Of a stretch of 64,000 nucleotides of DNA, positions 53,845-64,000 are shown one piece after another; position 1 is the first letter of the stretch; the number at the start of each line of letters is the position of its first letter. The notes under the pieces were generated by a model. The model searched no databases. It was not told the DNA's origin and saw nothing but the letters and a program-made list of their open reading frames with translations. A program made the position numbers and the translations under genes. Origin of the DNA: Bacillus subtilis subsp. subtilis str. 168 (GTDB lineage Bacteria; Bacillota; Bacilli; Bacillales; Bacillaceae); NCBI RefSeq assembly GCF_000009045.1, contig NC_000964.3, positions 3,906,001 through 3,970,000 on the forward strand. Direction: 5' to 3'.

Positions 53845-54173
53845 ATGCTTGCTCCCCTTTGCTCGGTGATTTTTTCATATAACTCAATGATCTCTGCAGC
53901 CATATCCTTCACTGTCATTGCATTCATTAAATGATCCTGTGCATGAACCATCAGAAGCGTCATTTCCGTCTTTTCTCCGCCCGCTTCATTTTGGATCAGC
54001 TCTGTCTGATAATGATGGGCTTTTGACAATTCTTCAGCAGCGTCTTGAAGCTTTTTCCGCGCTTCTTCTGCGTCACCGCTTTTCGCAGCGGCAATGGCCT
54101 CCATTGCGGAGCTCCTACCGTTTCCTCCGTGAAGGATGATTTGAAAAATGATTTGTTCCATTTCCTCATTCAC
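53841..54173 (-). CDS. licA: PTS lichenan EIIA
   Basis: AHHYQT and LMVHAQDH motifs; GTG start at 54173. Confidence 0.95.
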   Translation of the reverse strand: MNEEMEQIIFQIILHGGNGRSSAMEAIAAAKSGDAEEARKKLQDAAEELSKAHHYQTELIQNEAGGEKTEMTLLMVHAQDHLMNAMTVKDMAAEIIELYEKITEQRGASI

Positions 54174-54191
54174 GCGATTCACTTCCTTTCT

Positions 54192-55550
54192 CTACAGAGC
54201 CGCTTCTTTGTCATCTGTTGCTGCAGGCGTTTGGACCAGCTCCAGATCGTTTTCTTCTTTCAGCTTCTGCTTATCCCACATTCTGAAGAATGGATAGTAG
54301 ACAACAAAGGACACGGCAATATTAATGGCTTGCATGACCGCGCCTGAGACTTTTCCTCCTGTCGCCAAGTAGCCTGAAAAGATCGGCGGCATGGTCCACG
54401 GCACTGCGATACCCGCCGGTTTGGCGACAAGGCCGGTGCTCATTCCGATGTACGTGAGTGTCACTGTGACAAGCGGCGTGATGATAAACGGAAGTAAGAG
54501 CATTGGGTTCATGACGATCGGCATTCCGAATATAATCGGTTCGTTAATATTGAAGATGGCCGGGCCGACCGCAAGCTTCCCGAGCTGCTTCATTTGTTTG
54601 CTTCGGGCGCGCAGGAACATCGTGACAACCAGTGCCAATGTGGCGCCGCTTCCGCCAATATTGACCCAGATATCGAAAAATTGCTGGGTGAAAATCTTAG
54701 GAAGCTCCTCACCGGCTTGGAATGCGATCCGGTTGGCATCCATTGCGCCGTACCAAATCGGTGCCATGACGCCGCCAACAATGTTTGCACCGTGAAGGCC
54801 GCAGGCCCATAAAAGCATTTTGACGGCTTCGGCGACAAGGCTTCCTCCAAGGCTTCCTCCCAGAATGGAAAGCGGAGTCCCCAATAAAACGCTTACAATA
54901 TTATGAAGGCTTTCAAACGGTGTCGCTTCAACAATCAGCCGGGCTGCCCAAATTAGGAAGATGACGGCAAAGCCGGGGATTAACGCGACAAATGACTTGC
55001 TTACCGCCGGCGGGACACCGTCCGGCATTTTGAAGACTAAATTGCGCTGGATAATAAGGCGGTAAATCTCTGTGGACACCATTGCGATAATCATGGCGAC
55101 AAATAAGCCTTTGCTTCCCATGAGCGAAAGCGGAATCCCGCCGCCAACCATGATTTCTTTCGTCGCGCCATCCGGCATAAACGGCACTTGATAAGGTGTT
55201 GCTAATAAAAATGCCGCAAGGGAAATGGCTCCGGCCGACAAGGCATCAACACCGTATTTCTCGGCGAGCCGGTAGGCAATGCCGAACGCGGCGACAAGAC
55301 CCATAATTTCAAAGGTCGCGTCGACTGGGTAGGCCAGTTTTTCAGACCAGGAGCTGCCAAACGTTTTTGCCATAAACTCAGCGTATCCCGGGATCGGGAG
55401 GTTGCCAATGATGAGGAAAAAGGAACCGATGATAATCAGGGGCATCGTGAGGATGATACCATCACGCAGCGCCTGCAAATGACGCTGTCCCGCAATTCTT
55501 CCCGCTATAGGCATGACCTTTTCTTCTAAGATCTGATTGACTTTATTCAC
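54192..55550 (-). CDS. licC: PTS lichenan EIIC
   Basis: GGSGATL and FNINEPIIFG motifs. Confidence 0.95.
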   Translation of the reverse strand: MNKVNQILEEKVMPIAGRIAGQRHLQALRDGIILTMPLIIIGSFFLIIGNLPIPGYAEFMAKTFGSSWSEKLAYPVDATFEIMGLVAAFGIAYRLAEKYGVDALSAGAISLAAFLLATPYQVPFMPDGATKEIMVGGGIPLSLMGSKGLFVAMIIAMVSTEIYRLIIQRNLVFKMPDGVPPAVSKSFVALIPGFAVIFLIWAARLIVEATPFESLHNIVSVLLGTPLSILGGSLGGSLVAEAVKMLLWACGLHGANIVGGVMAPIWYGAMDANRIAFQAGEELPKIFTQQFFDIWVNIGGSGATLALVVTMFLRARSKQMKQLGKLAVGPAIFNINEPIIFGMPIVMNPMLLLPFIITPLVTVTLTYIGMSTGLVAKPAGIAVPWTMPPIFSGYLATGGKVSGAVMQAINIAVSFVVYYPFFRMWDKQKLKEENDLELVQTPAATDDKEAAL

Positions 55551-55565
55551 ATAGCCCGCCCCTCT

Positions 55566-55874
55566 CTATGACACATGTCCAAGCTGTTCAGCTGATTTCA
55601 GCACTTCCGCCCCATTGCACGTTCCATAATGGACGGTATTAATGACGTCTACCGGAACCCCCTTTGACTCTCCTAATTTTTTGAGCTGCGGAAGCATGTA
55701 ACGGACTTGCGGACCGAGAAGCAATACATCCGCTTTATCGATATGATTTTGTACAGAATCGCCTGAAACTGCCCAAATGGTATAGTCTTTTCCCTGTTCC
55801 TGCGCACTTTTTTCCATCTTGCTCACCAGTAAGCTAGTAGACATGCCTGCTGCACAAACGAGTAATATATTCAT
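55566..55874 (-). CDS. licB: PTS lichenan EIIB
   Basis: [10 protein letters not shown] and LGPQV motifs. Confidence 0.96.
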
Positions 55875-55936
55875 GTAAAAGACCCCCTAGAGTTTGATCA
55901 ATTTTGTAATGTCCTGCTGTTGCTATCATCATATTA

Positions 55937-55950
55937 TGAAATCGCTTTCA
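55937..55950. promoter_or_regulatory. cre at the licB promoter
   Basis: Minus strand TGAAAGCGATTTCA. Confidence 0.85.
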
Positions 55951-55963
55951 TAAACACTCAGGG

Positions 55964-55986
55964 TTTTTCCGCAGGCAACGGAAAAA
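55964..55986. promoter_or_regulatory. Inverted repeat, probable LicR binding site
   Basis: TTTTTCCG-N7-CGGAAAAA just upstream of the licB promoter and cre. Confidence 0.7.
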
Positions 55987-56002
55987 AGGTATATACAGGC
56001 TG

Positions 56003-57928
56003 TCAGCTCAGCATTTTTTGGTCAAACACATCCGAAAGCTCTTGATATGAACGGCATTTGATCAGCTGGTTCATCGCCGCCGGGTCATCCAAAATGCTGC
56101 CAAGCAGTTTATACATGCTTTGTAAATCCGCTTTGTTCTCCTTTTCGACACAAAGCAGACAGACAAATTGAACTCGCTGACTCTCCCAATCGATCGGTTT
56201 TTTGAGCGTACAAACGGCCCAAAACGTTGTTTTCGTCTGCGGAACAAGCGGGTGCGGGATGGCAACAAGATTGCCAAAACACGTTGGCGACATGTCTTCT
56301 CTTTCAAAAATGGAATCTATGATTTCTTCATCGGCAAAGCCGCATTCGACCACTTTCTGCCCTAAAAATTGAATCACTTCTTCTTTTGAGCGCAGATCCT
56401 CCTGAAAAAAAACGAGTTCTTTTTTTAGGTAGCGATTGGCTTTTTCCTTTTCATCACTCAGAATAGATTCTATTTTTGTAAAGTCAGTTCCGCCTAAGAT
56501 GGTGTTAACCTTCAGTACTGGTACAGGGAGCTCTTTTTTAATCGGAATGGTGCTGATGACAAAATCAATTGATTCGTAGGACATTTGATCAAGACTATAA
56601 TACTCAGCCGTTCCAAGAATATCGAGCCGCTTGCCGAAATGGGAACGCAGTTTTTCGCGCAGAAGCTGGGCGCTTCCGGCTCCCGATGCGCATACAATGA
56701 TACAGCGTTTCGGCGGGCTTTCTGTTTTTTTTCGTTCAATCGCGGCGCCAAAGTGGAGAGCCAAATATCCAATTTCGTTTTCATGAATCTCAATACCCGT
56801 TTGTTCCTTTATCACGATTCCGGCAATGATCCCGGCTTCAAAAGCGAGTGGATAATGTTCCTTGATCGCTGCCAGCATCGGATTTCGAAGATTCATGCCG
56901 TATCGGTTGCGGCTGATCGCCGGCTTCATATGCAGTGCCAAGCCGATTTTCAGCTCTTTGTCATGCAGGATGCCAAGCTTCAGTTCACGATCAACAGCTT
57001 TGATCATGGCAAGTGTCAGCTGATCGGTTTCCTCTTCTATTGAAAATGTGTCCTCTCCGCATTGTGATTGTGTCATTCGTTTTGTGCCAAGGAGATGCAT
57101 GGTGATGTAGGCCGTCTCGTCTTTCGGAAACGTAACGGAAAGCTTTGATTCCAGCTCTTTTACGATGGCTTCTGCAGCCTGGTACTCCTTTTGATGCAGG
57201 ATATGATCCATATCTTTCGGGAAAAGAGAAACATAGTTTTCCGTTCTGATCCGTTTACAGGCGATAGCGATATGGATAATGAGGTTATTCAGTCCCATGT
57301 TGGACAGAGGGATGCGGTCGTTTTTCATTTTTTTCAAGATGGCGGAACGGATGATCTCAATTTCTTCTTTTGGCAAAATATCAGCCTTTTCATTTAAAAC
57401 ATCTATCTCCGTTTCTCTTTCATCAACAATGTACTCCGCCATGCAGTACCTCATCTGCACCTCGTCCCCGCGCAGCTTGAAGCCGTAATTCGGACGTGTT
57501 TCCATGACGATGCGGTAAGGCAGCAGACGTTTCTTTACTTCCTTTAAATCCGTTTGGAGTGTAGATTTTGAGATAAATAGTTCTTCAGCAAGTTCATCGA
57601 GCTTGAGATAATGGTCCGCCAGCAGCAGACGTTTCATAAGATAGGCCATTCTCTCCTCCGGCAATACCGGCAGGCCCTTTTTTTGCTGAAATTCATCTTG
57701 CAGCAGTGTTCTGAATACTTGCTCGTCATCAATGCGGAGCTTGTAGCCGGAGCCTCTTACAGATTGTACAAAGGCACCGTGGCCGCTTAGCACACCTTGA
57801 AGTTCCTTTATATCATTGCGGACTGTCCGCGTCGTTACGTTTAATTGCGCGGCAAAAAACGAACTTGTCACCGGGGCTTCAGCCGCCATCAGCAAGCGCA
57901 GAATATCACGTAGTCGCCCATGAAGCAT
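56003..57928 (-). CDS. licR: PRD-containing transcriptional activator (HTH, 2 PRD, EIIB, EIIA)
   Basis: N-terminal HTHs; PRD histidines; VCASGAGSA EIIB motif; VAIPH EIIA motif. Confidence 0.95.
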   Translation of the reverse strand: MLHGRLRDILRLLMAAEAPVTSSFFAAQLNVTTRTVRNDIKELQGVLSGHGAFVQSVRGSGYKLRIDDEQVFRTLLQDEFQQKKGLPVLPEERMAYLMKRLLLADHYLKLDELAEELFISKSTLQTDLKEVKKRLLPYRIVMETRPNYGFKLRGDEVQMRYCMAEYIVDERETEIDVLNEKADILPKEEIEIIRSAILKKMKNDRIPLSNMGLNNLIIHIAIACKRIRTENYVSLFPKDMDHILHQKEYQAAEAIVKELESKLSVTFPKDETAYITMHLLGTKRMTQSQCGEDTFSIEEETDQLTLAMIKAVDRELKLGILHDKELKIGLALHMKPAISRNRYGMNLRNPMLAAIKEHYPLAFEAGIIAGIVIKEQTGIEIHENEIGYLALHFGAAIERKKTESPPKRCIIVCASGAGSAQLLREKLRSHFGKRLDILGTAEYYSLDQMSYESIDFVISTIPIKKELPVPVLKVNTILGGTDFTKIESILSDEKEKANRYLKKELVFFQEDLRSKEEVIQFLGQKVVECGFADEEIIDSIFEREDMSPTCFGNLVAIPHPLVPQTKTTFWAVCTLKKPIDWESQRVQFVCLLCVEKENKADLQSMYKLLGSILDDPAAMNQLIKCRSYQELSDVFDQKMLS

Positions 57929-58090
57929 GAGAAAAACCTCCTAACTAGTAGATGCAGGGATTCAGTGAATAGGCAGAAAGGATGATGAAGGGATGCGAAA
58001 TGTATATAAATTCTATAATGGAGAGAATGGCAAGTCAATGAACATCCGGAGGACTAGAGGGAAAACTGACCTATAAAAAAACAGCCGGGA

Positions 58091-58249
58091 TCAGCCGGCT
58101 GTTCTAGATGCGGACATATTCTTTTGTTTAGACGCCTTGCGGTCCTTCATGATTTTTCGAACAATCGGGTAAATGACCGGCGCCCATTTGATAACGGTTT
58201 TGATCATCTTTTTCAAAGCTCCGATTCTCCCTTCTTTTTTCTCAACCAT
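58091..58249 (-). CDS. yxzF: Small basic protein (52 aa)
   Basis: [38 protein letters not shown]...; followed by a hairpin at 58075-58103. Confidence 0.65.
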
Positions 58250-58277
58250 TCCCCTGATTGCCTCTTCCTTAAACATG

Positions 58278-58868
58278 CTAACGCGACACGTACCTGTTTC
58301 CCGTCACCCAGAAACGCCATGGATAATCGCGTGCCTCCCCGCTGTTGTCAATGCCGATGCGCGGGCCGGTTGAAATTGCTTCCGGTGTGTACCCGCTTTC
58401 GATGTAAAGCGGCTGTTCCGTGATCCAGCGTCCGTAGTCATTCATCGTGACGCCAAGCGCTTTCGTCAGCTTTCCTGGTCCGTTTGTCCATTCCCTCGGA
58501 CTCCTGCCCGGCCTTCTCTCCTCCATTAACAGCTGGCCTTCATGCGGCTCAATCGCCCTGATTAATACTGCTTGCGGGACATCCTCTTCCGCCGCAACGA
58601 CATTCAGCAATGTATGGGTGTGCATCACGTATGTATATACCCGCCCAGCTTCTGCAAACATGATCTCAGTCCGCTTCGTCCGGCGGTTGTTAAAGCTGTG
58701 GGCCGCTCTGTCTCCAGCCCCCATATAGGCCTCTGTTTCCACAATATAGCCTGACGCTGTGCCTTCGTCTGTTTCTTTTACAAGAAGGCAGCCCAGAAGC
58801 GATGGGGCAAGCTCAAGAGCGGTTTTTTGATAAAACGTGATGGGCAGCGGATTTTTTTCTCTCGTCAC
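58278..58868 (-). CDS. aag: 3-methyladenine/hypoxanthine DNA glycosylase (AAG/MPG family)
   Basis: [27 protein letters not shown] and GPRIGI motifs; GTG start. Confidence 0.95.
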
Positions 58869-58937
58869 GAATCGACCTCTCCTTTTACCGATTTTTGTAC
58901 ATTGTACCATTCCCGAAGCAGATCAAAAAAAACGGCT

Positions 58938-58964
58938 GTTTTAAAATCTTTCCATTCAGGGAAT
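58938..58964 (+). promoter_or_regulatory. SigB/SigF-type promoter of katX
   Basis: GTTTTAA-N14-GGGAAT. Confidence 0.75.
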
Positions 58965-58996
58965 ATTGTTACCGTTCAAAAAAGGAGGGCCAACCA

Positions 58997-60640
58997 TTGA
59001 AAGATGATCATCAAAACAAGCAGCACCAATCAAATGCCCAAGGGAGCGAGGAAGCGTTTTCTCATAAGACATCCGGGAAAAACGAGTCAGAGGATACCTT
59101 AACGAATAGGCAGGGGCATCCTGTTACTGACAACCAGAATGTGAGAACCGTCGGGAATAGAGGGCCTACAACACTTGAGAACTATGATTTTCTCGAAAAG
59201 ATCAGCCACTTCGACCGGGAACGCATCCCAGAGCGGGTTGTTCATGCCAGGGGAGCAGGTGCACATGGATATTTTGAAGCGTACGGAAGCTTCGGAGACG
59301 AACCGATTTCAACATACACAAGGGCCAAGCTCTTTCAGGAAAAAGGCAAGAAAACACCGGCATTTGTCCGTTTTTCAACTGTGAATCATGGAAAACACTC
59401 GCCTGAAACATTGAGAGACCCGCGCGGTTTTGCTGTAAAGCTATATACAGAAGACGGAAACTGGGATTTGGTCGGAAACAACCTGAAAATCTTTTTTATC
59501 CGCGACCCGCTGAAATTTCCGGATCTTGTACACGCATTTCAGCCTGATCCAGTGACAAACATCCAGGATGGTGAACGTATCTTCGATTTCATTTCTCAAT
59601 CTCCTGAAGCGACACACATGATCACCTTCTTGTTTTCGCCTTGGGGCATTCCGGCCAACTACCGGCAAATGCAGGGTTCAGGCGTACATGCCTATAAATG
59701 GGTGAATGAGGAGGGCAAGGCCGTTCTCGTGAAATACCATTTTGAACCGAAGCAGGGCATCCGCAACCTGACACAGAAGGAAGCAGAAGAGATTCAAGGG
59801 AAAAACTTTAACCATGCCACACAGGATCTATATGACGCGATTGAAAATGGCGATTATCCAGAGTGGGAAGTATATGCTCAAATCATGAGCGATGATGAGC
59901 ATCCTGAACTGGACTTTGATCCTCTTGATCCAACAAAACTGTGGTATAAAGACGATTTCCCATGGAAACCGATCGGCAAATTGGTTCTGAACAAAAATCC
60001 GGAAAACTACCATGCGGAAGTGGAGCAAGCTTCATTTGGAACGGGAGTGCTTGTCGACGGGCTTGATTTTTCAGACGACAAATTGCTCCAGGGGCGTACG
60101 TTTGCCTACTCTGATACGCAGCGCTACCGTGTAGGCGCAAATTACCTGCAGCTTCCGATCAACTCGCCGAAAAAGCATGTCGCCACCAACCAGGAAGGCG
60201 GGCAAATGCAATATCGGGTCGATAGAGCAGAAGGACAAAACCCGCACGTCAACTACGAGCCATCCATTATGGGCGGGCTGAAGGAAGCGAAGCAAGACGG
60301 AAAAGACCATACGCCGCATGTCGAAGGTGATGTAAAGCGTGAAGCGATTGACAGAACAAACAACTTCGGACAGGCTGGAGAAACGTACCGGAGATTTACT
60401 GAATTTGAGCGGAACGAATTGATTACGAATTTGGTGAATACGCTTTCTACGTGCCGAAAAGAAATTCAGGATCAAATGATTGAGAATTTCACAAAAGCTG
60501 ATCCTGACTACGGAAAACGCGTAGCAGAAGGGCTAAAAAAGGTCTCCGAAAACAACAGCAACGGGCCGATCGGCACAACTGAAACGGAACAGGCTGCAAA
60601 GCAGGCTGAACAGGAGAGTCATCCGTCTGATCCGTATTAA
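58997..60640 (+). CDS. katX: Monofunctional heme catalase (spore catalase)
   Basis: [20 protein letters not shown] and [14 protein letters not shown] motifs; TTG start after AAAGGAGG. Confidence 0.97.
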
Positions 60641-60648
60641 CAACAGCG

Positions 60649-60679
60649 AACAGGGCTTTTTTAGAAGCCCTGTTTTTTT
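60649..60679 (+). terminator. Terminator after katX
   Basis: AACAGGGCTT/AAGCCCTGTT stem with T-run. Confidence 0.85.
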
Positions 60680-60744
60680 ATTTTTCTATTGAAACGCTTT
60701 CAATAATTGTGTTGTACTTGGAAGGAAAGGGGTGGAGAGATACG

Positions 60745-61947
60745 ATGGAATTACAGCAGGACTTGATTCCTCAGAAAAAAACAATCGGCGCTTTAGATCA
60801 CGCCGTTTTTTTATGCATGGTATTTTGTTTCTGGTTTTCAGGCTATATTTACGTTCCTGTATTCAGTCTGTATTTGGAGGATCTGCACTTTTCATATGGC
60901 GCAATCGGCATCATTCTCGGCAGCTACGGGGTCACGCAAATCCTTCTGCGATTCCCGCTCGGCCTTTTGTCAGACATCCTGTTTTCCTTGCGCAAGCAAT
61001 TGTTAATTGCCGGGTTCGGCTTTTCCGTCCTCAGCAGCCTGCTTTTTCTGATGTTTGATTCTTTCTTCTTCGTGCTGGCCGCCCGGCTTTTCGCGGGAAT
61101 CACTGCTTCTACGTGGGTGATGGCGACCATTTTATACGCACATTATTTCAACAATGGCAATGCATCAAAAGCAATGGGCATCATGCAGTTTTTTACCGTC
61201 ATGCCTCAGTTTGCCAGCATTGTGTTCTGCGGGCTCGCCGCAGCCCATTTAGGGAGGCAGGTTCCTTTTTGGATGGCGCTGGCAGCTTCTGCCGCAGGTC
61301 TGGTGATCTGCTGCTTTATTCAGGATCCGTCTGCTCCTCCCGCAAACCGTGGCACCATTCGTGTCAATCAGTACATCAAAGATACATTGCGGCTGCCAAA
61401 GCTGAAGCTTTTCACCATCCTGTCTATGACGGCCCATGCCGTATTATTTATCACAGTGTTTGGTTTTACGCCGCTTTACATGAATCAGCTCGGAATGGGC
61501 GACGCGGAGCTGCTTTGGGTGATGAGCGCCTTTTTCCTCCCACACGCAGCCGCCACATTAAGCTTTGTGTTTCTGCGCTTTACAAGCCGTATCGCTTACT
61601 CCGTGATGCTCATTAGTTTCGCTGTCACCGGGGTCTGTTTGCTATATGTTCCTTTTTTAGCTGCATTGTTCACGGTTTGCATCACACACGCCTGTATTGG
61701 GCTGGCGCTCGGCTTCGTTTTTCCTCTGCTGCTAAGCCATGTCGTCGAAATCAGTTCTGCCCGTTTAAAAATGTCAGTGATGGGGTTTTACCAATCATTT
61801 TATGCGCTAGGCATCTTCCTCGGGCCCCTTCTTGCCGGAAAAATCGCACAGCTTATCGGGCTTGCGGGAGTTTTTTATGGAGCCGGTTCTCTGGCATTTG
61901 CCGCCTTTTTTGTGATGCTCGCGCAAAAACGTAACATGATCAATTAA
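60745..61947 (+). CDS. yxlH: MFS transporter
   Basis: GLLSD motif A-like; 12-TM pattern. Confidence 0.88.
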
Positions 61948-62720
61948 TAGCTTTCATACCGCCGGAAGCGCCACACAGAAAACACGGCCAGAAGCATGAT
62001 GCACAGAATGGAGAAAGTGAGTGACCATCCGAAAAAATCTGCCCGCTCTCCATGAAGAAGGATATGCTCCGCCTGCTTGCAAATCTCAGCCGGAAGCCAC
62101 TTCGCACCATCTGGAAATAGTGAAACAGCAAAGGAAACGGCTGCTGTGAGCCCGATCCCGCAAGCCGCAGCTGCTCCGACAGACCGGAATATCGTACTTC
62201 CGGCAAGGCCGGCGGTCACAATAAATATCACCCAAAGAGCGTAAAGGCCAAGGCTTGCGGCAAAGCGGCTGAATGATGCGTCCTCAAACAGCAGCCGGAC
62301 GTAATAGTAAGCAAGCCCGTATCCAGCTGCAAACGACATAATGCCGATCACGCTTTGGATGAGCCATTTACTCACGATATAATGGGCTGCCGTCACAGGC
62401 CGCGACATAATCAGCGCTGTTACCCCTTGATTTCTTTCATTGGCTACACTGCCCATCACGCTAAAGATGACCAGAGCCATGCCAAGCGTGTTGAATTGAG
62501 AAAGCGTGCTGACCATCACTTCAGACCCGGAGGGCATCGTAAAACTGATTTTCATGCCGTCAGGAAGGTTCCCTCCATGTGCGATGATTTCCGGCATATA
62601 ATAAATGGTCAGCGGCTGTGTCAGCCCGACGATCATCATCGCAATCGGCAGCCAAATCAGCTTGCCGCTTTTCCATCCTTCCAGCCACTCCTTCTGCAAT
62701 AGCGCCATCATCACCTTCAT
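61944..62720 (-). CDS. yxlG: ABC-2 type permease
   Basis: LLQKEWLE and [10 protein letters not shown]...SRP motifs. Confidence 0.9.
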
Positions 62721-63604
62721 GCGTGCACCACCTTTAGATAGACGTCTTCTAGAGACTCCGTTTTCTGTTCAAAGCGGGTGACGGTCAATCCCTTTCGGAT
62801 ACAGTCACTTAATAATGACCGGCCAGCGTGTATATCAGGCAGCTCGAAAACCGCTTGGGACGGATTCTTATAGACAATAGCTGAGACGTAAGGCTTCTCT
62901 TCAAGCCAACCTTCCAGCTTCTCTTTCACTGAAAGGGTAAAAACGTTCGTTTGCTGCTGTTGTTTCAGCTCCTGTAACTCGCCTTTCCATGAAATCTCAC
63001 CGTTTTTCATAATCACCACTTGATCACACACCTGTTCTGCATCGTGCAAAACATGTGTAGAAAACAGAACGGCCATATGCTTTTTCAGCTCCCGCATCAT
63101 GTCCAGCACCTCGAACCGTCCTGTCGGATCAAGCGCAGACACCGGTTCATCCAATATCAAAAACTTCGGTTTATGGAGCAGTGCCTGTGCCAGACCGAGT
63201 CTTTGTTTCATGCCTCCTGAATAGCCCCCGATCCTTTTGTGCGCCGCTTCGTGCAAACCGACAAATTCCAGCATCTCGCCGATTTTCTCTTGGCATTTTC
63301 TCTTCGAAAGGCCGGACAGTCTCCCCGCAAATGTCAAAAATTCATTTGCGGTCATCCACGAATAAAAAGCAGGATACTGCGGGAGGTACCCAATCAAACG
63401 CCGATCCAGCTTTTTCTCTCCTAACAGCTTTATGGTTCCAGAGGTTGGCGAAAGCAGTCCGGCCAGCATTTGCAGAGTCGTGGTTTTGCCGGCTCCATTA
63501 GGTCCTAATAGTGCGACACACTCATTTTCATTCACGTGAAAACTGACATTCTTTACAGCTTCATGGTGCCTGTACGATTTGCATAATGATTCAATAGACA
63601 GCAT
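62717..63604 (-). CDS. yxlF: ABC transporter ATP-binding protein
   Basis: GPNGAGKTT, YSGGMKQR and LILDEP motifs. Confidence 0.95.
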   Translation of the reverse strand: MLSIESLCKSYRHHEAVKNVSFHVNENECVALLGPNGAGKTTTLQMLAGLLSPTSGTIKLLGEKKLDRRLIGYLPQYPAFYSWMTANEFLTFAGRLSGLSKRKCQEKIGEMLEFVGLHEAAHKRIGGYSGGMKQRLGLAQALLHKPKFLILDEPVSALDPTGRFEVLDMMRELKKHMAVLFSTHVLHDAEQVCDQVVIMKNGEISWKGELQELKQQQQTNVFTLSVKEKLEGWLEEKPYVSAIVYKNPSQAVFELPDIHAGRSLLSDCIRKGLTVTRFEQKTESLEDVYLKVVHA

Positions 63605-63610
63605 ATCGGC

Positions 63611-63799
63611 TTACCTTTGCTTTCTGCCGACGGTGAAAAATAAAATCGGCCCGATAATATTGATACATACGATGATTGCAGCCCACATCCACTTTGGCCC
63701 GTTCGTCCGCTCTTCTTTTATACAGCTGATAAGGGCAAACACCGCCAAAGCCAGCTGTAATACAATCAGCGGCAAAATCATTTCCCAAGAAATATTCAT
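63611..63799 (-). CDS. yxlE: Small membrane protein (PLD N-terminal-like) of the sigY operon
   Basis: KWMWAAIIVCINIIGPILFF motif. Confidence 0.88.
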   Translation of the reverse strand: MNISWEMILPLIVLQLALAVFALISCIKEERTNGPKWMWAAIIVCINIIGPILFFTVGRKQR

Positions 63800-64000
63800 T
63801 GCTTGATCCCCCTTTTCTTCCGATCCGGCCTAATGACAAAAAAGTAATAACAAATCAGAGGCATCGGTGCTTGAATCAATCCGACAATCCCCCAAACCCA
63901 TGCCATGTGATTACGTTTTTTCGCATCAATAAATAAAAAGATTCCCTGCGCCAATACGATGAGACAAGCCGCAACCGTTATGATAATTTCTGTTTGTGTC
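63796..64000 (-). CDS. yxlD: Small membrane protein (SigY negative regulator), 5'-truncated by the window edge
   Basis: Reads TQTEIIITVAACLIVLAQGIFLFIDAKKRNHMAWVWGIVGLIQAPMPLICYYFFVIRPDRKKRGIKQ*; stop overlaps the yxlE ATG. Confidence 0.8.
   Translation of the reverse strand, partial: TQTEIIITVAACLIVLAQGIFLFIDAKKRNHMAWVWGIVGLIQAPMPLICYYFFVIRPDRKKRGIKQ

Noticed and set aside
57982-58041. 19-aa + strand ORF MMKGCEMYINSIMERMASQ in the licR-yxzF spacer
   Set aside because: SD spacing is poor, it overlaps the probable licR promoter region, and there is no other support.
60689-60703. cre-like palindrome TTGAAACGCTTTCAA upstream of yxlH
   Set aside because: One base short of, or two mismatches from, the cre consensus; cannot be called without CcpA binding data.

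Overview
This is a gene-dense chromosomal window from Bacillus subtilis. The gene order ywcJ-sacT-vpr...qox...efeUOB...epr-sacXY...dlt...lic...katX-yxl matches the strain 168 region at about 3.91-3.97 Mb as I remember it; I did not check this against a database. It holds about 65 CDS. These include sucrose antiterminators and PTS (sacT, sacX, sacY), exoproteases (vpr, epr, ywaD), nfrA/ywcH, rodA, qoxABCD, ywcC-gtcA-galK-galT divergent from slrA, efeUOB iron uptake, thiM/thiE, a cidAB-like pair, a T-box-controlled tyrZ, the (p)ppGpp synthetase ywaC, menA, dltXABCDE, licRBCAH, aag, katX and the 3' end of the sigY (yxl) operon. I saw no prophage, transposase, rRNA, tRNA or CRISPR array. The most interesting signals are non-coding or very small. 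(1) A 189-bp nested-palindrome, MITE/REP-like element sits between duplicated terminator hairpins after efeB. (2) The structured region 3' of slrA carries repeated anti-Shine-Dalgarno motifs and a two-state hairpin that gates a strong RBS and a 6-codon ORF. (3) A DnaA-box cluster lies upstream of vpr. (4) The sacX leader separates its RAT from its terminator by a 16-codon uORF. (5) A GGCUG repeat array lies upstream of sacT. Several of these are probably already known in part; I flag that where I recall it.
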